A stretch of 51,196 nucleotides of DNA, taken from positions 62,001-113,196 of the forward strand of contig JAMDHS010000070.1 of NCBI GenBank assembly GCA_029717555.1, in the 5' to 3' direction. Below are positions 1 to 11,940 of the stretch, piece by piece. The notes under the pieces were generated by a model. It saw only the letters and a list, made by a program, of their open reading frames with translations. It ran no database searches and was not told the origin of the DNA. The DNA is from Peribolospora baueri (taxonomy: Eukaryota). The translations under genes and the position numbers were made by a program. Position 1 is the first letter of the stretch. The number at the start of each line of letters is the position of its first letter.

Positions 1-311
1 TGCACTGGAGCTAGACAACAGACCTCAAACGTCCACAGCTGAAACCGAGTCGAGTCGACGTTCCCATTCCGCACAGGATTGAGCGGCCGACTTGACCGAG
101 CCACCCGACGACCTGCCGCGGGACAGAACGCAGCCCAAGCTTGCCGCAGCAGAGCCAGCGCCGCGTTGGATCGGGGTGGGAACGACTTCGTTGGGCAGAC
201 AAGGCGTCCAGTCTTCGTACCTTACCGCCGGAGATAACCACATCTCTCCTTTCCCCCCTTCCTCCCATCCGGAACGACTGTGACTAGCGGAAGAGCGTAG
301 CAGAAGCGAGG

Positions 312-3180
312 ATGATGAGCAGCACCAGGACGGGCTTCGGCTCCGGCGCAGGTTTCGGCTCTGGGTCGTCGGGATCGGGGTGGGCGGACTGGGCGACGCA
401 GTTCGGAGGAGGAAGTTCGTCGGCACCCTCGAGGAAGGTTGAGAGCTATGTCGGTGAGTAGCATTGGGAGATGGAGGCGGACAGGGAAGGAGGAAGGCAA
501 CGCGGGGCAGGGCGGGAGTCGCCGTGGAAAGAAGGAGGGAAGGCATGCAAGAAGAAGCATCTCAGAGCCACGAGCTCACCCGCTAACTCGGCTTCTCTGC
601 CTCGTCTCTCGACCTCTCTCTTCTCTCTGCGCTGGGTGCTTCGCACGCACGACAGAGCGATGCTGTGATCCATCCCTCTTTGAGCCCAACCTCGCCCTCG
701 ACCTCGAGCTGGCCGATTACATCAACCAGAAGAAGGCAAACACGTGCGTGTTCTCCCCTTCCTCTCTCATCGCTCCTGCTGCCCTTTCCATGTGCGCAAA
801 GCTGACGGTCAGTTGGCACTCCTTCGTACACCGCCCCGGTAATCTGCACAGACCACGAGATGCTGCTGTCGCCGTTGTGAAAATGGTGAACCATCGCAAT
901 CCTCACGTGTCCATGCTGGCGTTGCATGTAAGCTGTTCGACCTCATTTCAGGCTGAGTCTGGCACATTTGGGGAACATAGGGCCGTAGCTAATCCTATCA
1001 ATCGAATACCGTCTACTTCCATCTCGTTGCTTTCCTCGCTCCTTCGCTGCACCCCAGCTCCTGGACATCCTGGTCAAAAACTGCGGCTACCCTTTCCACC
1101 TCCAAATCGCGACGAAAGAGTTCCTCAACGAGCTCGTCAAGCGCTTCCCCGAGCGCCCTCCAGCCGTACCCAACCCGGTAATGAACAAGATACTGCAGCT
1201 CGTGCACCAGTGGAAGCAGACGATCTGTCTTACGAGCAAATACAAGGAGGATTTGGTGCATATCAGGGATATGCATCGGTTGTTGTGCTATAAAGGTGGG
1301 ACACCCCGTCGCGATTGCCTTTTCCACCCTCTTTTCCATCAAGAAGGGATGGCTGTGTCCGCCTTGTTCCAGTCTCGTCGTCTCGATCTGACGTTGTGGA
1401 CTTGTCCATCGACCCCTTCCCTTTCACAGGATATCGCATGCCAGAGGTGGATCGACGATCAGAAGCGGTGATGAACACCAGCGAGGTGAGCGCGATTTTG
1501 CCCCGCCCGTCGTCCATGGTTGCCGTCGAAGATCGCAAGACGACACTTTGTGCAGCGAAAACTAAGCTTAGTAAGAGTGTTTGGCGCGTGTCATCGCCCT
1601 CGTTGTGGTTGGTAGAACTTCAAATCTCCAAACGAGTTGGAGGAAGAGGATCGTGCGGCACAAGGCGCGGTGAGTACATCAGCTGCCGCCCCTCACAATC
1701 AGGGACATTTGCACACGTCAATAACTAGCAGCAAACTGAAGTCTAGTGCCGTTTAAACAACCTGTTCATCCTCGTCCCTCCAATAACCTGCTCCAACAAA
1801 ACATTTGCAGAAACTCCAAGAGCTCATCCGAAGAGGCACGCCGCGGGATTTGGCAGCTGCTCAGGAGCTCATGAAGGTCATGGCTGGCGCGGTACGTTGT
1901 GATACCGCGTCCTGCTCGACCTCGCTGTTGTCCGGCGCCCGGCTCTAGGGCTCACGTTCATTCGTTCTTTCGATTTGACCCCCGATCGCTTCTCACGCGC
2001 ACAGGAGCCGGAACGGAAACCAGACTACAAGAAACAGACGGCCAAGGAACTCGACAAGGTGCAGCAAAAGGCCATCTTGCTCAACGACATGCTCAACAAC
2101 GCGAACCCGGGGGAGAAATTCGTGAGGGGAGACGCTTATGAGGTGAGTATGAAGACGAGAGACGAGCAAAGTTAGTCGTTCACCCGTCTGACCCATTGCT
2201 ATGCCAATGACTGTCTTGGCCCCGCATCGATGCGACGAACAGCAAATCGCACAACACATTCGACAAGTCCAGCCGAGGATTCAGAAATGGGTGTCCGAGG
2301 TTGAGGAAGACGATGGCGAGTCGGAAGCCATGGGTGAGTTACAGTTCGCCCTACGACCACATTAGGGTGTCCTGAGAGAAAAGCTGAGCGTTTGCTTTCG
2401 GTTGACCACGTCGAAACTTGCCATGTCTCTTCAGATCGGCTGCTGTTGATCAACGACCTGATGAACCAGGTGCTGCAGCGATACGAGGCTTTCAAGAAGG
2501 GAGACTTTTCTGCCACAGCGGAGATTGACCCTGCGTGAGCACGCTCTTTTCACCAGTGAATCGGTTCAGGTTCTTTGCATTTACAAACTTAGCTTGTGCA
2601 CGACGACACCCTTCTTCTTTGTTATCTGCACGACAGGCTCGACCCGAAGCGAAACACTTCCGCGCCATTGCCCAAAGCGACGGACCTGATCTCATTCGAC
2701 GAAGAAGAGCCCAAAATCATTGGTACTGCCCCCACCGCATCCGCCGCTTCCGGTACGACCTCCGACCTCGAGGCGCTGGCTTCCCTTTCTCTGGACACTC
2801 CTGCGACTGCCCCACAACCACAGCCGTCACGACAAGGTCCCGCAGGCTTGCCCACCGACTTCTTCTCAAAGACCTCCTTACCACCTTCCGGCAATGTCTT
2901 CAACAATAACAACAGCAGCCCAGGTCCGGCGGCCCAGTTGGGAGGTTGGGGTGCTCTCCAACTCGGTGATGGACAGCAGCGATCTGGTACGCCTACGCAG
3001 ATGCTCACTCCCATGCAGACAGGCGGCTCCGCACCTGGCGCTTCTGTGGCTCAGGGCCAGGCGCAGAACGGAGGTGGCAACGTCCCGGGCGCGGCGGCCG
3101 CGCAGTCGCAGCAGCCCTCATCGATGGCGCAGCAGAAGGGCAAGGACGATCCTTTCGCAGACCTTGCGGGTATCTTCTAG
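312..3180 (+). CDS. GGA: GGA-type VHS + GAT domain trafficking adaptor, about 11 exons, no GAE domain seen
   Basis: ATG at 312, donor at 454, next exon from 656. Spliced exons give VHS (ERCCDPSLFEPNLALDLELADYINQKKANT...LLDILVKNCGYPFHLQIATKEFLNELVKRFPERPP) and GAT (KLQELIRRGTPRDLAAAQELMKVMAGA; DRLLLINDLMNQVLQRYEAFKKGD), then a low-complexity tail ending DDPFADLAGIF-stop. Confidence 0.9.
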
Positions 3181-3611
3181 TCCTCCTTTGGGGGCGCGAG
3201 CGCTGGTCGTTACAATATTTTTTCAGAAGCGGTTGCTACTTGTCCATCGCACCTCGTATCATGTTTCGCAGACCGATCCACCGCCGCATATCTTTCCTTT
3301 GCCTTCTCTCCTTATTTACTTCGTTGCTTCATTCTTTCGCCGGTAGTCGTGTTCCGCCATCTGGCGTCTAATTTGGTATATGGGCCGAACGAGCGGTAAG
3401 CACAGCTCGAAGCGGTGAAGGGGTGAATGGAGAGTGGAAGTCTAGAACCATACCCCCTTTCTCATCCGCTCTTGTCCTATCGTATCGTACAAAGAAAGAC
3501 ACGGACGCTACATTGCAGAGTGACGAAGAAAAAGACAACGACGATGGTGAAGGCAGGCAATGTTGATCGTGCATCGCCTGAGATGCGGCCTTGATTCTCT
3601 CCTTTCCCATC

Positions 3612-5380
3612 TCAAACGAGCCTATTCCGTACCATGATCCCCCTGAATACTTCGAGATCCACGCCACTAGAGGAAGAACGCTGAGCTGGCCGGAGGTCAG
3701 AAGGGAGGAAACGACCCGCTTCGTCGAGCATTTCTTGAATCTGCAAGACGGGCCATCGGCGGCTGAGATGAGCACCCGCACGACGAAGGAAGGAAGCGCG
3801 GATACGACCGAAGAACTCACGTCTGCATCACTTAGCTTCTCGCCCAACAAGGTGGCCACCGTCCTGATGTTCTCGAACGTGATCTTCTTCTTTTCCAAAT
3901 CCTTCACCTCCTTCTTCTCTGCCACCCCTGCCCCAAGCATCCCGCCTCCCCCTTTCCCTCGCATGCCTTCGCCACCTCCTTTTCCGCCGAGACCATCTTT
4001 CATCGAGGCAGACTCCTCCGCAAAGGCGAAGAAAGCGGCAAAGTCGCTCCGTACCTGACTTTCTTGGCGCGCCGAGAGACGCACCCCTCCTCCTCCTTCG
4101 TCGCCTTCATCCATTGTTTCGAGGTCGTCATCGCGCGCCTTGCCTTTGCCCTTGCGCCTGCGCCCGGACTCTCCCGCGCTCGTCGTCGTCGTGACCTTTC
4201 GTCTGGCTTTACTGTGTCCACCCCTCGGCCGACTGGTGTAGTCGTCGTCGCTGTCAACCGCCTCCGCCTCCTCCGGAAAAAACCCTCCTCCGGTGCTTTC
4301 GTCATCGGAAGGACGAAACTCGTCTTCCGAGTCGTCGGACAGATCTGGCATCGTACGATCCATTTGGCGACGTCCTCTCTTCCGCGGTCCAGGAGCGTCC
4401 GTCTCGTCGCCTTCGTCCTTTCCTTCCTCATCCCGGTCCCAACTCGCTTCTTTGTACGAGGGGGGAGAAGAGGCTGCTGCTACTCGTTTCCTCGTCCTCC
4501 TCCGCCGACTTGGATCGTTGATGTCCACGTCCATCTCCGATGGGTCTAGCCGTTCGCGGCCATCGGACGAAGCATTTTCTCCCCCCATCTGGCCCCGCTC
4601 AGTTAAGAGGACCTTAGCGACCTCCACAAAATCCTCTCTCGATACCACCTTCCTGCCGGTCATCTCCCCATGCCGACGCCGGAGCGAGATGGCGGTGTCA
4701 CGACAAATGTCGAGCACCAGTGGGTCCGATGGGGAGAGGTGAAGATTGAGCAATGCAGCGGGGATTGCTTCCAGGGGGATGTGCGTTGCGCCCTCCATCG
4801 CCTTCGACGAAGATGCGCTTGTGGATGCCCTGGAAGGGAAGGACCCCCCTCCACCGTCGTCGCCAGCCTTCTCTGGAATGAACCCGCCGCCGCCGCCGCC
4901 GGCAGCGTCATCTGGGAGAAACCCACCACCACCATTCGCAGCATCGTCCGCTTGGTCCTCGAGCAAGAATCCACCGGCGTCCGCAAGCTCAGAGAAAAGC
5001 CCACCACTTCCCGCGCCACCTGTAGCTCCCGCGTCTTTCTCTTTATCCACTTGCTTGCCCCTCCCCGTCTTCTCCCGGTTATACGGGTTCGGCAGATCGC
5101 TCACGTCCTCTCCAGCCTGAATACGCGCCGAGCGTATGGCGTCATCAAAAGCGTCGGTAATCTCTCGCAGCTGAGCTCGACTGAGCTCTTGATCTTCTCC
5201 TTCCGCTGTTCTTCTGCTGTAGAGGTCGGATTGATTCGACGCCTGCGGGCGGGCCCGGCGGCGAAGTGACTGGGCGGCAACATGGTGCACACCACGATCG
5301 TGCTGTGGTCAGTTGCCTTCTTTCGAGCAGGGAAATAAACACATTTGAGCGCAAGTCACACACGCCACTCCACTCACCAT
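3612..5380 (-). CDS. Degenerate centrin-like EF-hand protein with long acidic/Gly insertions (Rad33-like candidate)
   Basis: Inferred exons: ATG only (5380-5378), 5269-3821, 3740-3612. The C-terminus KITFENIRTVATLLGEKLSDAD|IQEMLDEA...VDLEVFRGIMVRNRLV resembles the centrin C-lobe; ELSRAQLREITDAFD resembles centrin helix 1. The first exon is less certain. Confidence 0.65.
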
Positions 5381-5836
5381 GACCGGTGTGCTCTTACGCT
5401 GTCTGTCCCGTCTCCTTCGGCGCCGTCGTCGTTTAGCGACGCTTCTTCGTCACCGTCGTCGCCGTCGCCATCATCGAATCTTGAAGCTGACGTAAGCGGC
5501 CGCAGCAACCGCCGGACCATTATTAGCGCTCGGACCCAACCCTTCATGGATGTATCTCGATTCTTGGCCCGTAGGCAAAGACTCGTGCAACTCCGGATCA
5601 CACTCCAAGTTTACATACGGACGGAAGACCTTCATAGGTTCTATGAGACTGGTAGTCCACAGGCCAGAATGGGTGCTCTGAAAGCTTTGAAGCATTCTTC
5701 AAGATTCGAATTTCATCCCCGCCAAGCCGCGTCGAACCTCTGTCGCGCACAACTCGTCTCTGCGGCTCTAAACCAAGCCCAACCGCTCTCCTACCTTCCT
5801 TGCTTCTTCCCCCCTTCTCCCTCACCCTTCTTCTCT

Positions 5837-8800
5837 TCAACACGGACATCTTGGCCACTTCACTTCTTCTTCTTCTTCCCCGTCTCCTTTTCCCTTCTTC
5901 TCTCCCCCTCCCGGCCGCTCCACCAACTCGTCGACCCCGCCTCTCACCAACTTCTCTCCTTCGTCGTCGTCATCCATGTCCGCGGCGAAGAGCTTGAACA
6001 TGGCATTAGTATAGTGCGACATTTTCCACATCGACGATAATGCAAGCGTCATCAGATCGAAGGACGGCGCGATGACAGGTGGCGGTTGCAATGAAGAGCT
6101 TGTAGGTTCGGCGGCCGCGCTAGCGTCGGAAACGGCATTCGATGGAAGAGTGAGTCGAGGGAACTTGGGATAACGCTGAGAGAAGTGGGTAAGAAGAATG
6201 TGCTTTGCTCGCATACTGCTCGCGTTGCGTTTCACCGAGCAAGCACGAAGAGGTGCCGGAGGGTGGACAAGGACGATTGTATCAGTGTGCGGCGCCTTCG
6301 CGTTTGCTTTGTCGCCCCTCTCTCCTTTCCTCGTCGCCAACTCACCGGACGCCAACATCGATGGCCTGGCCAAAGGTGCTGTGACCTTTAAAGTCTGCCA
6401 CTTCCGGCTTCTCATCCTCGATCGTTGCCTCGTGTACGAGGAGTGTGGCATCCTTGCCAGCCTCTACGAAAGGCATGTGCGGCCTCGTGTCGCCCGAGTA
6501 TCTGAATAGAACATCCGACGTGATCGAGCGGGTGTGAGAAGCAGAGGTAATAATAAATGTCGTAGCAGCAGCCGGAAAAACACTCACGCAATTTTCCATC
6601 CATCCTTATGGGTCACCACTAAACCGTAGCAGCTCCAAGTCCGATGGTCCATAGAGACGACTTGTACCGACGACAGACCGGATGCGTCCTTGAGTTGCTT
6701 CACGAACTCCTTGGACCTGTCGAAGGGTGAAGCGAACGGGACGGGAGAGCGATCCGCCATGAGACGCTATCTTCTTCTTTGCGAAAAAGAAGTCGAGGAG
6801 AGACAGAAACTCACTTTCGTCGGAAGTCGCCTCTGTCGGAGTTAATCTTTCGGGCGGAAGATCGCTCCGAAGGATCGTCCACAACGCCATCGACGCCATG
6901 CTGCCAATCCAGATGCTCGGCATCGATGAAATGGACGCCGTTAGAAGCTCCGAGCGCCAAATCTTCCACCTGATGATACTCGGAGAGATACAGCCGCGTG
7001 TACTCGTTCGCAATCACGAACAGCGGCTCGGTGGGGGGAGGCGAGAGCTGCAATACACGCGTGTACAAGAGAAAGGGCGAAGAAGTGCTAAGCATGCATT
7101 GGCTCCCTTCGTGCACTGGCGGCGTGACTGCCCCGCCTCGCTCAGTTCATTCGCTCACTTTCCTCCTCTCCACGAGCAAACGCGACACGCCGGCATGATG
7201 ATCTGCGTGGATATGGCTGACGAACAGAAGTTTGACGCTCCGTAATACGTCCTGCGCGCTCTCAACAGGCATGTCCGTGTTGGGTGCGTCTTGACGGAGT
7301 AGGCCGCCGATGGTGCGAGCTGCTTGGCTGTCTCGGCCGAAACGCCTACAGAGTTGGCCCCAGGTGTTCTCTCCCGCGTCGAGGAGAATTGAGCCGGAGC
7401 TAGGAGTTTGAATAAGCGTGGCCGAGACTGCAGGACAAAAAAAGAATCGAAGTGGCGTCGTCAGTTGATGGGAACGGGGAGATATCCGGTACGATTTTGG
7501 CCTTAGTTCTTGACCATCTGCTCACCATTCCGATACTTGCTAGGCATGGCGCTGCCCGTACCCAAAGCGGTCACGATAAGCCCAAAGTCGTCGTGCGGAC
7601 ACCTCCCGCTGTTCTCCTTCTCCTCTTTCTCGATTACTTCCCTCGCCTCCTGAACGGCCTCGCAGAAGTCCTTCCAGGCCTGTTCGGATCGGGCTTGCTC
7701 GGACGGAGTGGAACTACGGTGGCTCAAGGCGCTTGCAGCCTTTTCTGCTTTCGGGGAAGGTGCGGCGAAGTCGAAGTTGACGCCTGGGGGAGGGAGCGCC
7801 GGAGGGCCTTTGGGTTCCATGACCACTTGGGCGTCGGCGGTGAAAGGGGCGACCGATGCAGGAAGGTTGGGAACTTTGGAACGGTAAATAAAAGAAGAGG
7901 CGTGAGCCAGTGGACTTGTTCCAATGACAACGAATAGGGTCCGCTTACCATCAGCGACCGACTTCCGCGGATCGAGCTCGTACTTCGGCAAGGTGAAGAT
8001 GTCCCGGTTCAACTTGTTCAGTCGCAACTGGGAAAGAGCGGAGGAAGGAAACATGACACGGTCTGCGCAGTACGTTGGCGATGCGATGGTGTGCTGTGCG
8101 CGCCAAAAAGGATTTCTTAGCGAGATGAGTGTGGCGATGAAACCGTGATAGAGGACCGCTCACATGCACGTTGTCGCCGAAACCGCGCATCCATGCCTGG
8201 TATCGCTCATCCTCGAGCACGTCGTCCGCCACTTGGTGCACAACTAGGTGCGGGGGCGTCCTCATCAACGGGTCCTCGTCCAAGGTAGGCACCCTACCTC
8301 CCTCTCTCGGCCGAAAAGCCTCCCAGGCGGGACTGAGCAAAAGTGGAGGAATATGCTCTACGGTGGGCACGCGCATGACGAAAAATACGGACCCGGGACG
8401 TGTGGGTCCAAGCACGTCTGCACTCCGGATCGTCCGTCCGTTCTCAGTCGTCACGTCCTCGCCCCGGGTGAGCGCCGCGTAAGCAGGACCTGGCTTGAGA
8501 CCGAGTTGCTTCGCCTTGGCGACATCGAATTTCCCCCTCATGGGCTTGGCGACGCAGATATAGCTCACCGCGAGGGGAGGGGAGCTCCAGGACGCGGACG
8601 CCGGGTTATCTTGTGGAAAGGGGAGCGGTGGAGGAGGCAGTGGTTTGGAGCAACGCGACGGTCCACGAATGGGTCGCGGAGCTCGGGAGATAAGTACGCC
8701 CTGGGCGCCGTCCATAGAGACTTCCATCGAGCTTGCTGGTTTCGGCGCAGGAAGAAGAGCTCTTCCCTCGGGTGTGTTGGTGTCAATGAACATGTCTTTC

Positions 8801-9629
8801 ACGATCGCCTCTCGAAACCGGTCGGCGTCTCGACCACGGGGAGCAAAGTCGCGCCGCATCCACGCTCTACCGGACACATCCATGTTGCCTTCCGTACGAT
8901 CGTTGTTAACCGATGAGATCGTACCCGAGGCCGAGCCGAGGTGGCTAAACAACTTTGGTGAGCGATATTCCTGGCGCTGGGGAGAGGAGTCAGGGCGCTT
9001 CCGTTTGCGCTCGTTGGGCTGGGTCGAATTGGGGTAAGAATCTGGAAGGAGGGGTACCCCGAAGACGGACATATTGTCGTCTTCAAAGATTGGCCGAGCG
9101 TTGGCTGACTCTGAAAGTTCGACTTCGTGCGGGGTGACCGTCATTGTATCCCTATCAGGGAGCGATGGTCCCAAATCAGCTGGGGAAAAACGGGGGGTTG
9201 GAACTTGGACATGCCCTTTCATTGTCTCACCTTTGTGTGTACAGACGCATGGTGGCAATGAAGTGGGTGAGGTTACGGGGCCCAAATACATCTACTTGTT
9301 TCATCCCGCTGTCGGCCATGGTCATCAGCAAGCCTACGAACGACGGCAGAAGGGGTGCAAGGCCAGATATCCATTTGAGCCAACCTACTCGAACACTCTT
9401 TCAACTCTCCAAAGGCACCGGACTTACCAGGAAGACCAGCACCAGACTCGACGCCGGCGCTAGTCAAGAACACCTGACCGACCTTCTTGACGCTGGTGCC
9501 TCTCTGAAAGGCCGTCCTTGTCGTCCCCTCGCCGGCATTGAAGATGTACCTCGCCGAGTCGAAGTGCACATACACAGTCGCAGTGGTATCGGAGGAAGGG
9601 GGTGTCAAGAGCTTGACATGCCATCTCAT
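5837..9629 (-). CDS. TRZ1: Long-form tRNase Z (ELAC2 family), multi-exon
   Basis: N-terminal [19 protein letters not shown]; exosite [43 protein letters not shown]; metal motif [12 protein letters not shown] near 7190-7230; [29 protein letters not shown]. The first plausible ATG is at 9629; see the finding on the upstream extension. Confidence 0.95.
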
Positions 9630-10108
9630 CTTGGCAAAGGCCGTGCTGAAAGAACGGCGCTGGCGGGCAGGGGAAACGAGGGCGGACGACGGAGATAGGT
9701 GCGGCGCAGGGCGGGCGAGGGAGAGGGCGACGCTCGCTCCGAGTCGAAGCCGCTGCGAGCTCCTGAGAAGGAGCGCCAAGAGAGCGAGAATTTTGGGGAA
9801 TATGGCTTTGCTCGTGCCTGTGTCGCCTGATCTCAAAACGACACCAAGAGAGACAGGGCCGATAAGTACAAAGTGGTACAACCGGGGGCGAATCTTGCAC
9901 GAAGAGAAGGGTGACCAAACGCTGCGGCAAGCTGCAAGCGTGATCACCTCCAGGCCGATCGATCGATTGCGAGTCGGAGGGCACGGCGGAGGAGAGGGGA
10001 GAGGGGAGAGGGAGAGAGCCAGTCCTGCTACCACCACCTCGCTTTTCCCAGAGCATCTCAACGTCTCGTTCATCTTGACTTGCGCGCACACTCTCGTCCG
10101 CCGCCAAC

Positions 10109-10864
10109 ATGGTCCGCAGTTCCGGTGCGCTTGTCCTCGTCGAGGCGATAAGAGGCCGTCACGACACTGACTGACCGGTCTGACGTGCGCAAACATCCCT
10201 CTCCCGCAGATATCATCCTCATTATCGTCGCCATCCTCTTCCCTCCCGCGGCGGCGTTCTTTATGACCGGTTGCTCCTGCGACCTATTGAGTGAGCGGGA
10301 CATCGTCGTTTTACGCTCCCCTCCACCTCCCGAGTCGTCCTATGCTCGTGTTGACAGACCGACGACGTTGAACGCTCCCTTCTCGGACAGTCAACGTTCT
10401 CCTCACCGTCTTGGGCTACATTCCCGGACACAGTGAGCATTCTTCCGAGCAGCTTGCTGGAATGAACCTTTTTTGTACCTGAGCTCACTTTCGTTCTTTC
10501 ACGTGTCTGTCTTTATAGTACACGCGTGAGTACCACGATGGATTTTTGGATGACAGGTCCGCCGCGCTCGCTCGGCACATTGACGCATAGCTATGCCGAT
10601 GCCATTACACCTCACCAGTTTCTACCTCATATATAAGAGGGTGAGCCACACTTCTAGGTTCCGTCGCATCTCGCAGAGCCGTACTGACGTCATCCCACGT
10701 TCGCGCAGATGCAAGCCGAGAAGAGGTACGGCCACGGCGGCTACAAGTACGTCGGAACTGGCCAATTCGCCGCCACCGGGCCCGCCGCCGCCCCCGTGGC
10801 CCCCTACCAGCAGCCCATCGTACAGCCCGGCGCTCCACAGCCGGCCGGATACGGCGCTGTGTGA
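10109..10864 (+). CDS. PMP3: Pmp3/UPF0057 proteolipid membrane protein, 6 exons
   Basis: Spliced product MVRSSDIILIIVAILFPPAAAFFMTGCSCDLLINVLLTVLGYIPGHIHAFYLIYKRMQAEKRYGHGGYKY..., all introns GT-AG, including a 7-nt exon at 10519-10525. Confidence 0.9.
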
Positions 10865-11873
10865 GCGGCCGTGATCCGGGCCACATGGACGTTCTCCGAG
10901 TCTCAAAGTCGCCAAAACGTTCACGTCAGCTTCATTGTCTTCTACCCGACTGGGTGAGCCACTGAAAGGTTGAATTTTTCGATGCTGGTCACCCGGACTA
11001 CGGAGTATTTGCGAGCGCCAAGGCTCGTCCTCGCTGCGGACGCTCGTAACTTCTTTTTCTAAGCCAGGACCTTGACACCTCTTCCCCTTGCCTCTGTAAC
11101 TCTCCCCTTTACTTGTGTTACTTGTGGCGCACATTACGCTTTTTTTGTTAATCTTCCCTTTACCTCGACGAACCTGTGCCCGAACCTGTTCGGGTCGTCG
11201 ACTTGTTGAACGTGCGTCTGCACCGTCGGCGGATCTTAATCTCGATCGCGAGTGACGCTGTACATAGCGGCAAAGCCTTCGGTCGCGTCGAGCTATGATC
11301 ATTTTGCCGTTGGTCGCCATCCGTCGTCTCGCCCTCCACCGTCCTCCTCCGTTCTGAGTGTAAAAGCCTGGTAATGCTGAGGTATGCACAGTCAGCGAAG
11401 ACCTCGAAGCGCCGAAGTCATGACACGGGGAGCAAGCGGTGCAACTGCTTCAGAGGGGTTAGGGCCACACGGCGGGCCTACCGGGGTCCGTCTTTCTACC
11501 TGTCTTTTCCCGTTCAGCGTCTCCACGAGAGATGACAGGTAGTAGATGAGTGCCGCCCCTGCACGAGCCGTGACACCGTGATGGCGTTGCCGCCGTCGAA
11601 GGCTCTGAAGCAGGACGATGGAGTGGCCCTAAGGGCCGTCTCCATCCCAGCTGCCTGCGTTCCGAGTCGCCTCGCCGCTCGTCGCCGCCGCTCGTCGCCG
11701 CCGCTCGTCTCATCCTCGATTCGAAGCTGCCTCGAGACGTCTGCACAGAAATATTGTTTGGCTTGAACCGTGAAGACGCCTTCTTCTTCTTTTTGTCGTT
11801 TACGTCAGAGATAGGACTCGGAGCAATGTCGTCTCCTCCCACACAAAACGCAGCCCACCCCTGTAAAAATGGC

Positions 11874-11940
11874 GTCACGTGAGCCACGCACACCTTATCG
11901 TGTCGGTCACGGGCACGTGAATTTCACGTGACGTCACGTG
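11874..11940. promoter_or_regulatory. Cluster of four CACGTG E-boxes with an embedded TGACGTCA (CRE) site
   Basis: CACGTG at 11876, 11914, 11925 and 11935; TGACGTCA at 11929-11936; about 640 bp upstream of the ATG at 12584. The regulatory role is inferred. Confidence 0.55.

Noticed and set aside
9792..10196. Further upstream part of the 307-aa ORF as the TRZ1 N-terminus (in-frame ATG near 10072)
   Set aside because: It runs into the promoter and first exon of the divergent PMP3 gene and does not look like a targeting peptide, so it is unlikely to be in the TRZ1 mRNA.
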